Origin: an uncultured Oscillospiraceae bacterium
Lineage (GTDB): Bacteria > Bacillota > Clostridia > Oscillospirales > Oscillospiraceae
DNA length: 64,000 bases
Assembly: GCA_902373635.1 (NCBI GenBank)
Contig: CABKMV010000007.1
Coordinates: 2,020-66,019 of the forward strand
Reading direction: 5' to 3'
Under the pieces are notes generated by a model. It saw only the letters and a list, made by a program, of their open reading frames with translations. It ran no database searches and had not been told where the DNA came from. The position numbers were made by a program, and so were the translations under genes. Within the stretch, counting starts at the first letter, position 1. Each line of letters starts with the position of its first letter. Below, one piece after another: positions 54,197 to 63,800 of the stretch.

Positions 54197-56047
54197 CTAC
54201 AGGGACAGATGGAACCGCTCCATCCAGGCGTTGACCTGGATCAGATAGGCCAGCATCTGCGGCCCCGCCATGAGCTGGCCGAACCAAGGCCGCCCGTACT
54301 GGACCGGCGAGCGCAGGAACTTCTCCGCCCTGTCCTGGTCCAGCAGCGGGCGGATCGGCGCGTTGGCGTCCAGGAGGATCGCACGAAACCGCTCTGCCAC
54401 CAGCTGCTGATACCGGGGGCTGTAAGTCTTGGGATAGGGGCTTTTCTTCCGGTGGAGCAGCTGCGGCGGCAGCAGCCCGCCGCAGGCATCCCGCAGCAGG
54501 GCCTTCTCCTCCCCCGGGCGGTACTTCATGCTCCAGGGTACATTATAAAGATATTCAATGATCCGGTGGTCGGCAAAGGGCACCCGGGCCTCCAGCCCCG
54601 AGAACATGCTGGCCCGGTCCATGCGGTCCAGCAGCGTCTGCATAAACCAGCGCAGGTTCAGCCAGGCGATCTCCCGCCGCCGCTCCTCCTCCGCCGGCTC
54701 CCCCGGGAGCTTCGGCGTCTCCGCCAGGCTTTGGCGGCAGCGCTCCCCCGCGTACTCCTCCAGGCGCAGCTCCCGGCATACCTCTTCCCGCAGCAGCGCC
54801 TGCCGGGCCGCCATATCGTGGGACCACGGAAAGCCGTCCACTGCCAGCAGCTCCTCCCGGTAGAACCAGGGATATCCGCCGAAGATCTCGTCGGCGCACT
54901 CCCCTGTCAGCGCCACCTTGTTGTGCTCCTTCACCATGCGGCAGAAATAGAGCAGGGACGCGTCCACATCCGCCATGCCCGGCAGATCCTTGGCCTCTAC
55001 GGAGGTGGTGAGAAGATCCGCCAGGATCTCCTCGCCGCACTCCAGATAGGTGTGCCGAAGGGCTGGGCAGGCCGCCAGCATCCGGTCCACATAGGGGCGG
55101 TCCTGCTCAGGCTGGAAGCTGTTGGACTGGAAATACCGGTCGTTTCCGATAAAGTCGAAGGAGAAGGTATTCAGATGCTGTCCACGCTCCTCCATATAGC
55201 CGGATGCCAGGGCTGTGACGATGCTGGAATCCACGCCCCCGGAGAGGAAGCTGCACACCGGCACATCGGACACCATCTGCCTTCTGACGGCGTCCCGCAC
55301 CAGCCAGGCCACATGTTCCACTGTCTCCGGATAGCTCTCCGTGTGCTCTGCGGCCTGGAGCCTCCAGTAGGCCGTCTCATGGAACCCCTCCCTGTCCAGC
55401 ACGCCGCAGCAGCCCGGTCTCACTTCCCGGACGCCCTTGAACACACCGCATCCGCTGGTGCGGGCCGGCCCAATCCCGAAGATCTCCCGGAAGCTGTCCA
55501 TATCCGCCTCCGGCTCCACTGCCGGGTGTCGGAAAAGCGCCTTGGGTTCTGAGCCAAAGATCAGTTCCCCCTCCCGCTGGGCGTAGAAGAGGGGCTTCAC
55601 GCCCGCCCGATCCCGAACCAGTACCAGCCGCTCCAGCGCCTCATCCCAGATGGCAAAGGCGTAAATACCGTTGAGCTCCCGGAAAAACGCCTCTCCCTGC
55701 TCTATGTAGCCCCAGAGGATGACCTCCGTGTCCGCTGTCGTCTCGAAACGGCAGCCGGCTTTCTCCAGAGGTCCTTTCAGCTCCTCGGCATTATAGATTT
55801 CCCCGTTGTAGATGATGGCGCACCGCCTCCCATCCCTGCTCCGGACCATGGGCTGGCGGCCCCCCGCCACATCCCGGATCGAGAGCCTCGCGTGGCTGAG
55901 CCCGGCGTGGGGCGTAAGATACTCTCCGCTTTGGTCCCGCCCCCGGTGCGCTATGCTCTCCCGCATCTGGCGCAGGACCTCCATCCACTTCTCCCGCTGC
56001 CGGGTATAGTCCCCCGTGACATCACAAAATCCAGCGATCCCACACAT
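54197..56047 (-). CDS. asnB: asparagine synthase (glutamine-hydrolysing)
   Basis: 616 aa from MCGIAG (N-terminal nucleophile Cys). SGGVDSS PP-loop. Confidence 0.9.
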   Translation of the reverse strand: MCGIAGFCDVTGDYTRQREKWMEVLRQMRESIAHRGRDQSGEYLTPHAGLSHARLSIRDVAGGRQPMVRSRDGRRCAIIYNGEIYNAEELKGPLEKAGCRFETTADTEVILWGYIEQGEAFFRELNGIYAFAIWDEALERLVLVRDRAGVKPLFYAQREGELIFGSEPKALFRHPAVEPEADMDSFREIFGIGPARTSGCGVFKGVREVRPGCCGVLDREGFHETAYWRLQAAEHTESYPETVEHVAWLVRDAVRRQMVSDVPVCSFLSGGVDSSIVTALASGYMEERGQHLNTFSFDFIGNDRYFQSNSFQPEQDRPYVDRMLAACPALRHTYLECGEEILADLLTTSVEAKDLPGMADVDASLLYFCRMVKEHNKVALTGECADEIFGGYPWFYREELLAVDGFPWSHDMAARQALLREEVCRELRLEEYAGERCRQSLAETPKLPGEPAEEERRREIAWLNLRWFMQTLLDRMDRASMFSGLEARVPFADHRIIEYLYNVPWSMKYRPGEEKALLRDACGGLLPPQLLHRKKSPYPKTYSPRYQQLVAERFRAILLDANAPIRPLLDQDRAEKFLRSPVQYGRPWFGQLMAGPQMLAYLIQVNAWMERFHLSL

Positions 56048-56249
56048 CGCTTTCCATCCTTTCCCGGCGGCGTGATTTTCGAACAGCCCGATCCGCCCCT
56101 TATAGAACAGGATATGCAAAGCATCCGGCCCCGGCGCGGCCTATCATCCCGGTATTCGGTAAGTTTGGACGGCTGTACGAATTTCTGCGCCCCTGAGCGG
56201 TAAAATTTGCTCCATTTTGCCAGCGGAGAATGGCGCTGCTATGGAGAAA

Positions 56250-56297
56250 GGACGCGACCCCCTCTGTTAAAAAACAGAGGGGGTCGCGTCTTTTTCC
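56250..56297. terminator. 18-bp-stem hairpin downstream of the cydDC/ygbA/ybaN operon
   Basis: GACGCGACCCCCTCTGTT-AAAA-AACAGAGGGGGTCGCGTC. The T-run is on the plus side and CCTTTCTCC on the minus side. Confidence 0.7.
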
Positions 56298-56314
56298 CTG
56301 TCAGGAGGCGGCCG

Positions 56315-56725
56315 TCACTCCCCTGCTTCCGCTGCGGGGACAGGGGGCTCCCCTTCCGGAATCGTCTTCACGCCAAAGAGGAAGTAGACAATATGAAAGG
56401 CCCAGACGATCCCAAGGATGACCCTCCCCACCGGAACACGGCCCATCATCAGAAAGCCGACGGACATCAGCAGGGTGACTGTCACCATAATGCGGATCTT
56501 CGTCCGCCGCGTCATTCCCCGGCCCTGGACATAGCTCTCCAGGTTGTTTTTGTAGAGCTTTGTCCCAATGAACCAGCTGTGGAGCCGCTCAGAGCTTCTT
56601 GCAAAGCAGAAGGCGGCCAGCAGCAGGAAGGGGAAGGCCGGCAGCAGGGGCACCACCGCGCCTACGGCCCCCAGCCCTACGCCGAGGCAGCCAAGGATCA
56701 CATACAGGGTCTTTTTCAATTTCAT
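56315..56725 (-). CDS. DUF454 (YbaN-like) inner membrane protein
   Basis: 136 aa. LP.FPFLLLAAFCFARSS.R...W motif. Its ATG overlaps the upstream TGA (ATGA). Confidence 0.75.
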   Translation of the reverse strand: MKLKKTLYVILGCLGVGLGAVGAVVPLLPAFPFLLLAAFCFARSSERLHSWFIGTKLYKNNLESYVQGRGMTRRTKIRIMVTVTLLMSVGFLMMGRVPVGRVILGIVWAFHIVYFLFGVKTIPEGEPPVPAAEAGE

Positions 56726-57066
56726 TCGCTCTTCTCCAATCTCTTTTTCTCTTTTTTGCTCTCGATCACGTGGCGCAGCGCCATCACCGGATGATAGAAG
56801 AGCATCCTCGGGCCGGAAAACCGCATGACCTGGCGGATCCTCTCGCGCATTTCCGGCTTGTAGCAGTGCACCTTGCAGTTGGAGCAGAAGGTCTTTGTCT
56901 CCATGAAGGGGCACTTGTCGCTGCGCTGGCGGGCATAGGCGTCCAAAGCGGCACAGTCCGGACAGAGGCCGCCCTTCGTCCCGTGGTTTTTCGTGCAGTA
57001 CAAGGCGATCATCCGGGAGACCACCTTCTTCTCCCGCTCCCGCTTGCTCTCCACGTTCCTCCTCAT
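56722..57066 (-). CDS. nitrous oxide-stimulated promoter family (YgbA-like) Cys-rich protein
   Basis: 114 aa. LC..C..L..YA..R...CPF...K..C..C..HCY.P pattern. Confidence 0.7.
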   Translation of the reverse strand: MRRNVESKREREKKVVSRMIALYCTKNHGTKGGLCPDCAALDAYARQRSDKCPFMETKTFCSNCKVHCYKPEMRERIRQVMRFSGPRMLFYHPVMALRHVIESKKEKKRLEKSE

Positions 57067-58724
57067 CAGCTGACCCTCCCGTGCTCCACGGAATACACCT
57101 TATCCGCAATGCGCATGGTGGACTGGCGGTGGGAAACAAGCACCACCGTTTTATCCTCCCGCTCCTCTCCCAGGGCCCGCAAAATGACCGCCTCGTTCAG
57201 GCTGTCAAGATTGCTGGTGGGCTCATCCAGCAGCAGGAAGGGCGCATCGTGCAAAAAGGCCCGCGCCACCCCCAGACGCTGCCGCTCGCCGCCGGAGAGG
57301 GTATCGCCCAGCTCGCCTACCGGGGTGTCATAGCCCGCCGGCAGGCCCATAATGAACTCATGCACCGACGCCTTCCTGCAGGCGGCCTCCAACTGCTCCT
57401 GGGTGGCGTCCAGCCTGGCAATGCGCAGGTTGTTGGCGATACTGTCGTGGAACAGATGAGTCTCCTGGGTGACAAAGCTCTCCATATCCCGCAGGTTGGC
57501 GGTGTTGACCGCGTCGATCGGTGTGCCTGAGATGGAGATCTCTCCCTCCTCTGCCTGCCAGAACCGCATCAGCAGCTTCAACAGCGTGGACTTTCCGCTG
57601 CCGCTGCGGCCGACGATCCCGACAACCGCATGCTGTGGGATATCCACTGAGACAGACTCCAGGATGATCTCCTCCCCGTAGGAAAAGGTGACGTTCTCCG
57701 CCCTCGCGCCGGTGAAGGCGATCTCCTCCCTGCCGGACACATCTTCCACTGCCGGATCCTCCTCCAGGATATCCAGCACCCTGTTCCCGGCGGCAAAGGT
57801 GTTTTGCAGGGTGCTTCCGAGATTGGCCAGCGCGATCACCGGGCCGAAGGAGCTCATAAGAGCCAGGGTGGGGATCAGCACACCGCCGAAATCCACAGCG
57901 CCGGCCTGATAGAGGCCGATGGACGAGAGCAGCATGGCAACATCCATCAGGAGGATCACCGTATTCGTGACCGCCATATTGCGGCCGGAGACGCGCTTCA
58001 TACGCTCCTCCTCCATGGCCAGGGCGTCGGTCTGGGCGTCCATGTCCGCCAGCCGCTTTTCTCCCGCGCGGTACTGCAAAATCTCCTGCAGCCCCCGCAG
58101 GCTGTCCAGGACAAAGCTGCTGAGATCACCGCTCCTGGCACGGAAGCGCGCCCCTGTATCACCGCTGCACTTGGAGGTAATGACAGGGATACAGATCCCC
58201 ACTGCCAAATAGGCCGCCAGGGCCAGCAGTCCCAGCGCCCAGTGGTAGCTGCCAATGAAAAGGCACAAAACCGTACAAAACAGCAGCGCAATGGCCGCAG
58301 GGGAGATGGTGTGGGCGTAAAATACCTCCAGGAGCTCAATATCCGAGGTGATGATGGAGATGAGATTCCCCCTGTCCTTCCCCTCCAGCTTGGCCGGGCA
58401 GAGACGGCGCAGAGCCCGGAAGACCCTGTCCCGGATCAGCGCCAGCAGCTTAAAGGCGATATAGTGATTACATGCCTGCTCGCCGTAGCGCAGGGCGCCC
58501 CGGGCCAGGGCGAAGACGCCCATGGCGGCGAACAGCGACCACATAGCCGGGCCGGTAATACAGCCCAGGCCGCGCAAAACGGCGAAGCCGCCGAAGATCG
58601 TGATAAACGCGGCGCACAGATGTCCTGCAAGGCCCATGGCAATAGCCAGGACCATATAGCCGGTCAGCGGCCTCACCAGGCCGATCAGGCGCGCCATGAC
58701 AGCCAAATTACTGCGCTTTTTCAT
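57066..58724 (-). CDS. cydC: ABC exporter, fused permease/ATPase, CydC-like
   Basis: 552 aa from MKKRSNLAVMARL. Six-TM domain plus NBD (GRSGSGKST, LSGGERQRL, LLLDEP). Overlaps the upstream stop by 1 nt. Confidence 0.75.
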   Translation of the reverse strand: MKKRSNLAVMARLIGLVRPLTGYMVLAIAMGLAGHLCAAFITIFGGFAVLRGLGCITGPAMWSLFAAMGVFALARGALRYGEQACNHYIAFKLLALIRDRVFRALRRLCPAKLEGKDRGNLISIITSDIELLEVFYAHTISPAAIALLFCTVLCLFIGSYHWALGLLALAAYLAVGICIPVITSKCSGDTGARFRARSGDLSSFVLDSLRGLQEILQYRAGEKRLADMDAQTDALAMEEERMKRVSGRNMAVTNTVILLMDVAMLLSSIGLYQAGAVDFGGVLIPTLALMSSFGPVIALANLGSTLQNTFAAGNRVLDILEEDPAVEDVSGREEIAFTGARAENVTFSYGEEIILESVSVDIPQHAVVGIVGRSGSGKSTLLKLLMRFWQAEEGEISISGTPIDAVNTANLRDMESFVTQETHLFHDSIANNLRIARLDATQEQLEAACRKASVHEFIMGLPAGYDTPVGELGDTLSGGERQRLGVARAFLHDAPFLLLDEPTSNLDSLNEAVILRALGEEREDKTVVLVSHRQSTMRIADKVYSVEHGRVS

Positions 58725-60463
58725 CACGCGTTCTCCTCCCTTCCGTAGTTCTCCAGCTGCTGCTGCGCCTTCCAAAGCCTGGCATAAACGCCATTGCGCG
58801 CCAACAGCTCCTCATGGCCGCCGCACTCTGCCACCGTGCCGCCATCCATGACATAGATGCGGTCCGCGCCAACTACGTTGGCCAGGCGGTGGGAAATCAG
58901 CAGCACGGTTTTTTCCTTTGCCAGGGCATGGATCTGCTCCATGATGTCATTCTCACTCTCCACATCGATATTGGACGTGGCCTCGTCAAAGATGTACACC
59001 TGGCTGTCATGGAGGAGCGCCCGGGCCAGGGCAAGGCGCTGGCACTGGCCGCCGGACAGGTTGGCTCCCTTCTCCGCGATGGGTGTGTCCAGCCCCCGCT
59101 CGCCCCGCAGGAAATCCGCCAGCTTGACCCGCTCCAGCACCGACCAGAGCGCGTCGTCTCCAGCGTCTGGCCTCCCCATCAGCAGGTTTTCCCGCACAGA
59201 CCCTTTGAAGAGATAGCTGGCGTGGCCGATATAGGTGATATGCCGCAGGAGGCTGTCCTCTGCAAGCTGGGACAGCTCCGTCCCCCCGATGGTAACAGAG
59301 CCGGTATACTTCCGGTTCCTGCCGATCAGGATCGACGCCAGCGTAGATTTTCCGCAGCCGCTCTCCCCCACCACGGCGGTAAAGCTACCCCGGGGCAGAT
59401 CAATCTCCACATCCCGCAGCACCGGTCTGCCGGCATCGTAGGAAAAGCCCAGGTCACGGCAGCAGATATCTCCCTCCTCCGGGACAGGTTCCCCCTCGCC
59501 GCGACCGTCCTCCGGCAGGTCCAGCAGCCGGAAAATCTTGTCGCTGGCCGCCATGCCGTTCATGGCGATGTGGAAAAAGCTGCCCAGCTGGCGCATGGGG
59601 ATAAAAAAGTCCGCCGACAGCAGGATAATGAAGAGGCAGCCCCCCAGGGACACCCTCCCTGCGGTGAACTGCGTAACCGCCAGGATCGCGCCGAGGGCCG
59701 CTCCCCCATAGGCGATCAGATCCATGATGGTGATCGAGTTGAGCTGCATGGTCAGCACCTTCATGGTGATGCGGCGGAAATTTTCCGACTCCTGGTTCAT
59801 CACCTGCTGCTTGTATTCGTCCGCCTGGTAGATCTTCAGCGTCGTCAGCCCCTGGAGATTCTCCAGGAAGGTGTCGCCCAGGGCGGTATACTGCCCCCAA
59901 TATTTTGCCAGCAGCTTCTTCGCCCAGGTCTGAACGGCGGCTATCGCCATCGGAATCAGGGGCACGCACACCAGCAGCACCGCCGCGGAGAGGACATTGA
60001 CAAAGCACAGAACAATAAACAATGTCAGCGGCGCCAGCATAGCGTAGAAAAACTGGGGCAGGTATGCGCCGAAATAGGTCTCCAGCTGATCCACACCCTC
60101 CACTGCCACCTGCACCACCTCAGAGGTCTGCACCTGCTGGTTGTAGGACGCGCCCAGGCGAAGCAGCTTCTGATAGATCATCCCCCGCAGCGTCTTCTTT
60201 ACAGCCTTGGAGGAGAGATAGCTCATCCGGCTGGAGAGCGTTGTGCAGAAAAAGCGCACCAGAATGGCACAGGCCGCCGCTGCCCCCACAACAGCGACAT
60301 CCCGCCCCTGGGCCTGCCGCCCATACAGCTTCTCCAGCAGCCGGGTGATCGCGGCCATCATGGCAATGTTGGCCCCTAAGGAGCACCACTGTGCCGCCAC
60401 ATTCCCGGCAATATACCTTTTGCTCTCGCTGACCGTGCCGATCAGCCGCTTGTTTATCATCAT
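58724..60463 (-). CDS. cydD: ABC exporter, fused permease/ATPase, CydD-like
   Basis: 579 aa from MMINKRLIG. NBD motifs GESGCGKST, LSGGQCQRL, IFDEATS. The basic 53-aa upstream extension in the track ORF is judged non-coding. Confidence 0.75.
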   Translation of the reverse strand: MMINKRLIGTVSESKRYIAGNVAAQWCSLGANIAMMAAITRLLEKLYGRQAQGRDVAVVGAAAACAILVRFFCTTLSSRMSYLSSKAVKKTLRGMIYQKLLRLGASYNQQVQTSEVVQVAVEGVDQLETYFGAYLPQFFYAMLAPLTLFIVLCFVNVLSAAVLLVCVPLIPMAIAAVQTWAKKLLAKYWGQYTALGDTFLENLQGLTTLKIYQADEYKQQVMNQESENFRRITMKVLTMQLNSITIMDLIAYGGAALGAILAVTQFTAGRVSLGGCLFIILLSADFFIPMRQLGSFFHIAMNGMAASDKIFRLLDLPEDGRGEGEPVPEEGDICCRDLGFSYDAGRPVLRDVEIDLPRGSFTAVVGESGCGKSTLASILIGRNRKYTGSVTIGGTELSQLAEDSLLRHITYIGHASYLFKGSVRENLLMGRPDAGDDALWSVLERVKLADFLRGERGLDTPIAEKGANLSGGQCQRLALARALLHDSQVYIFDEATSNIDVESENDIMEQIHALAKEKTVLLISHRLANVVGADRIYVMDGGTVAECGGHEELLARNGVYARLWKAQQQLENYGREENA

Positions 60464-60546
60464 GGCGCCGATACCTTCCCCTTTTTTATCCCTTCCCGCA
60501 GGCCGCTGCGCGCCAAGCCGCCCGGCGCTGTGTCCCAGGGCCTCCT

Positions 60547-60564
60547 GGTTAGATTTTGCTAACC
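60547..60564. promoter_or_regulatory. second GGTTAG-N6-CTAACC palindrome in the cydD leader
   Basis: Same GTTAG-N6-CTAAC core and spacer (ATTTT) as the site at 60688-60713. Confidence 0.45.
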
Positions 60565-60687
60565 TTTGCCGCCTGAAAAAAGCCGCCCGCTGGAGCAGCT
60601 TTCGTTCCTTCTGTTGCCGCACGCCGCCTGCCGGGACGCTCCGGCGGAGGACATCTAAGGAGCAAGCTGCCCCCTAGACCTCCCTCA

Positions 60688-60713
60688 CAAAAGTTAGTAT
60701 TTTCTAACTTTTT
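60688..60713. promoter_or_regulatory. operator-like palindrome AAAAAGTTAG-N6-CTAACTTTTT at the predicted transcription start
   Basis: 10-bp arms immediately downstream of the -10 element. Confidence 0.5.
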
Positions 60714-60715
60714 CG

Positions 60716-60744
60716 ATTATACTTCAATCCGTCATTGCTGTCAA
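60716..60744 (-). promoter_or_regulatory. consensus sigma-A promoter for the cydDC-like operon
   Basis: Minus strand TTGACA, 17-nt spacer, TATAAT (perfect hexamers). Confidence 0.7.
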
Positions 60745-60872
60745 GCGATAGAAACAGTTCCCCCCAGCCAGGCCCACGGCAGGAACCATGCCATGCCACT
60801 GCTAACGGCGCCCCTCAGCGTATAAACTACCGGCGCAGCGCCTTTTTTACAAGGCATTGCGCCGGCAGCGGT

Positions 60873-63800
60873 TTAAAACAGGGTGATCTGGCTGGTATCC
60901 GCCATACCGGCGAAAGCCCCCAGGTTTTTGAGCTGGTCGATGTGGGTCTTGCTGAGCTTATTGCAGCAGGCGGCAAACTCCTCCACGGAGATAAACTCCT
61001 TCCCCTGCCGCTTCTCTACGGTGTCCAAGGCCGCCGTCTCCCCCAGGCCGCGGACAGCGGTAAAAGGCGGGATCAGGGCGTCGTCCCCCTTGAGGACGAA
61101 CCGAGTGGCCTCGGATTCGTAGATATTGATGGGCTCGAACCGGAAGCCCCGGAGGTAAAATTCGTAGCACACCTCAAGCGTCACCGCCAGGTCCTGCTCC
61201 ACGGCGGCGGCGTCCTTGTTGTTCCAGATCTCCAGCAGCTTCCGCTTCACCGCGTCGAAGCCCGCGCAGCAGTACTCCGCATCGAAGGCTTTGGCCCGGA
61301 TGGAGAAGAACGTGGCGTAGAACGCCAGCGGTTTATGGACCTTGAACCAGGCGATGCGAAAAGCCATCATGACATAGGCCACGGCGTGGGCCTTGGGGAA
61401 CAGGTAGCCGATCTTGGCCAGGGACTGGATGTACCAGTCGGGAACATCGTGCTCCCGCATGGCCTCCTCCCAGCCCGGCTCAAAGCCCCCCTTCTTCACC
61501 TTGCCCTTACGGACCGCCTCCATGATCTTAAAGCTCATCTTGGGATCCAACCCCATGGAGATGAGGTAGAGCATGATATCGTCACGGCAGCCCACCGTCT
61601 CCGTAACGGAAGCGGTCCCGCCCACGATCAGCTCCCTGGCATTGCCCAGCCACACGTCGGTGCCGTGGGAAAAGCCGGAGAGCCGGACCAGGGTGTTGAA
61701 GTCCTGCGGCTGTGTATCGATGAGCATCTGGCGGGTAAATTTGGTGTTGAACTCCGGGATGGCCACAGCCCCGGTGGGGCCAAGGATCTCGTCGTTTTCA
61801 AAGCCCAGGGCCCTGCTGGTGGTGAAGAGGCTCATGGTGTCCGGATCGTCCAGAGGGATCTGCCGGGCGTTCACCCCGGTGAGATCCTCCAGCATGCGGA
61901 CCATGGAGGGATCATCGTGTCCCAGCATGTCCAGCTTCAGCAAGTTGTCCTCCATGCAGTGGTATTCAAAATGGGTGGTGATGATGTCGCTGTCCGCCGC
62001 GTCCGCTGGGTGCTGGACGGGACAGAAGTCCTCCACATCCAAATCGTCCGGCACCACCACCAGGCCGCCTGGGTGCTGGCCCGTGGTGCGCTTGACGCCC
62101 ACGCAGCCCAGGGCCAGGCGGTTTTCCTCCGCGTGGCCTGGGTTGAGGCCCCTGGCCTCCAGGTACTTTTTCACGTACCCGTAGGCGGTCTTCTCCGCCA
62201 CGGTGCCGATGGTGCCGGCCCGGAACACCTGGGTCTCCCCAAACATCTCAATGGCGTGGCGGTGGGCCCTGGCCTGGTACTCGCCGGAGAAGTTCAGGTC
62301 GATATCCGGCACCTTGCCGCCGCCGAAGCCCAGGAAGGTCTCAAAGGGGATGTCAAAGCCGTCCTTGACGTACTTTGTGCCGCAGATGGGGCAGTTCTTA
62401 TCGGGCATATCCGCGCCGCAGCCATAGGAGCCGTCGGTGATGAACTCGCTGTGCTTGCAGCTGGGGCAACGGTAGTGGGGCGGCAGGGCGTTGACCTCCG
62501 TGATCCCGGACATGTAGGCCACCAGGGAGGAGCCCACAGAACCCCGGGACCCCACCAGATAGCCATTTTCCAGGGACCGCTGTACCAGCTTCTGGGCGGA
62601 CATGTACACCACGTCGTACTTGCCCAGGATGCCCCCCAGCTCCACATTCAGCCGGTCCACGATCAGCTGGGGCGGGTCCTCTCCGTACAACTCATGGACC
62701 TTGTCCCACACCAGGCGGTTTAAGTCCTCCTCGGAGTTCTCCAGCCTGGGCGGGAACAGCTTGCCCTTGGGCAGCAGCTCGAAGGTCTCCACCTGGTCCG
62801 CGATCGCCCGGGTGTTGGTGACTACCACCTCCATGGCCTTCTCCGCGCCAAGGTAGGAAAACTCCTGGAGCATCTCGTCGGTGGTCTTGAAGTAGATGGG
62901 CAGCGGCGCGTCGCAGTCCGCGAACTTCTTGGTATCCAGCAGGATGTGGCGGTAGATCTCATCCTCCGGGTCCATAAAGTGGACGTCGCCTGTGGCGCAC
63001 ACCGGCTTTCCCAGCTCCTCCCCCAGTTGGACAATGGTGCGGTTGAACTGGCGCAGCTCCTCCTCGTCCTTCACCTTCCCCTCCCTGAGCATGAAGGCGT
63101 TGTTGCACAGGGGCTGGATCTCCAGATAGTCATAGAAGGAGGCGATGCGCCTGAGTTCCGCCCAGTCCTTGTGTTCCACCACAGCCTGGAACAGCTCCCC
63201 CGCCTCGCAGGCGGAGCCGATGATCAGGCCCTCCCGGTGGGCGATCAGCTCGTGCTTGGGGATGATGGGAACCCGTTTAAAGTATTTCAGATTGGACAGG
63301 GAGATGAGCTGATAGAGATTTTTCAGCCCGACCTTGTTCTTGGCGATCAGAATGATATGGCGGGGCCTGCGGTTTGCGTGCCCCTTGGAGCGGAGCGCGG
63401 GCATAGCGGCGTTCACAGCCTGGAGGGAGTGGACGTCCAGTTCCTCCTCCAGCTTTTTGAAAAAGTGGGGCAGGAACAGGCCGCAGGTGGCGGCGTCGTC
63501 GCTGGCCCGGTGGTGCTGGAAGGCGGGCAGCTTCAGGTGCTCCGCCACGATATCCAGCTTGTATTTCCCCAGCTCCGGCAGCAAATTCTGGGCCAGGATC
63601 AGGGTATCCACATAGGTGGGATCAAAGGGCAGCCCCGCCCTGCGGCAGCCCTCCCGGATAAAGCCGATATCGAACTCCGCATTATGGGCCACCAGCGGCC
63701 GGTCCCCCACAAACGCCAGGAAAGCGGCCAGAGCCTCCCTGGGCTGCGGCGCGCCCTGGAGCATGGCGTCAGTGATGCCGGTCAGGGCGATGATCTCCGG

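Noticed and set aside
56250-56297. Treating the 18-bp hairpin as a plus-strand terminator of an unannotated plus-strand gene.
   Set aside because: No credible plus-strand ORF or promoter precedes it. It sits right after the minus-strand ybaN stop and is more simply the operon's terminator and insulator from asnB.
60464-60622. 53-aa N-terminal extension of the CydD-like protein.
   Set aside because: The highly basic, non-membrane sequence contains the GGTTAG-N6-CTAACC palindrome. The MMINKRLIG start has an SD-like AAGGGGAAGG and matches the usual CydD N-terminus.
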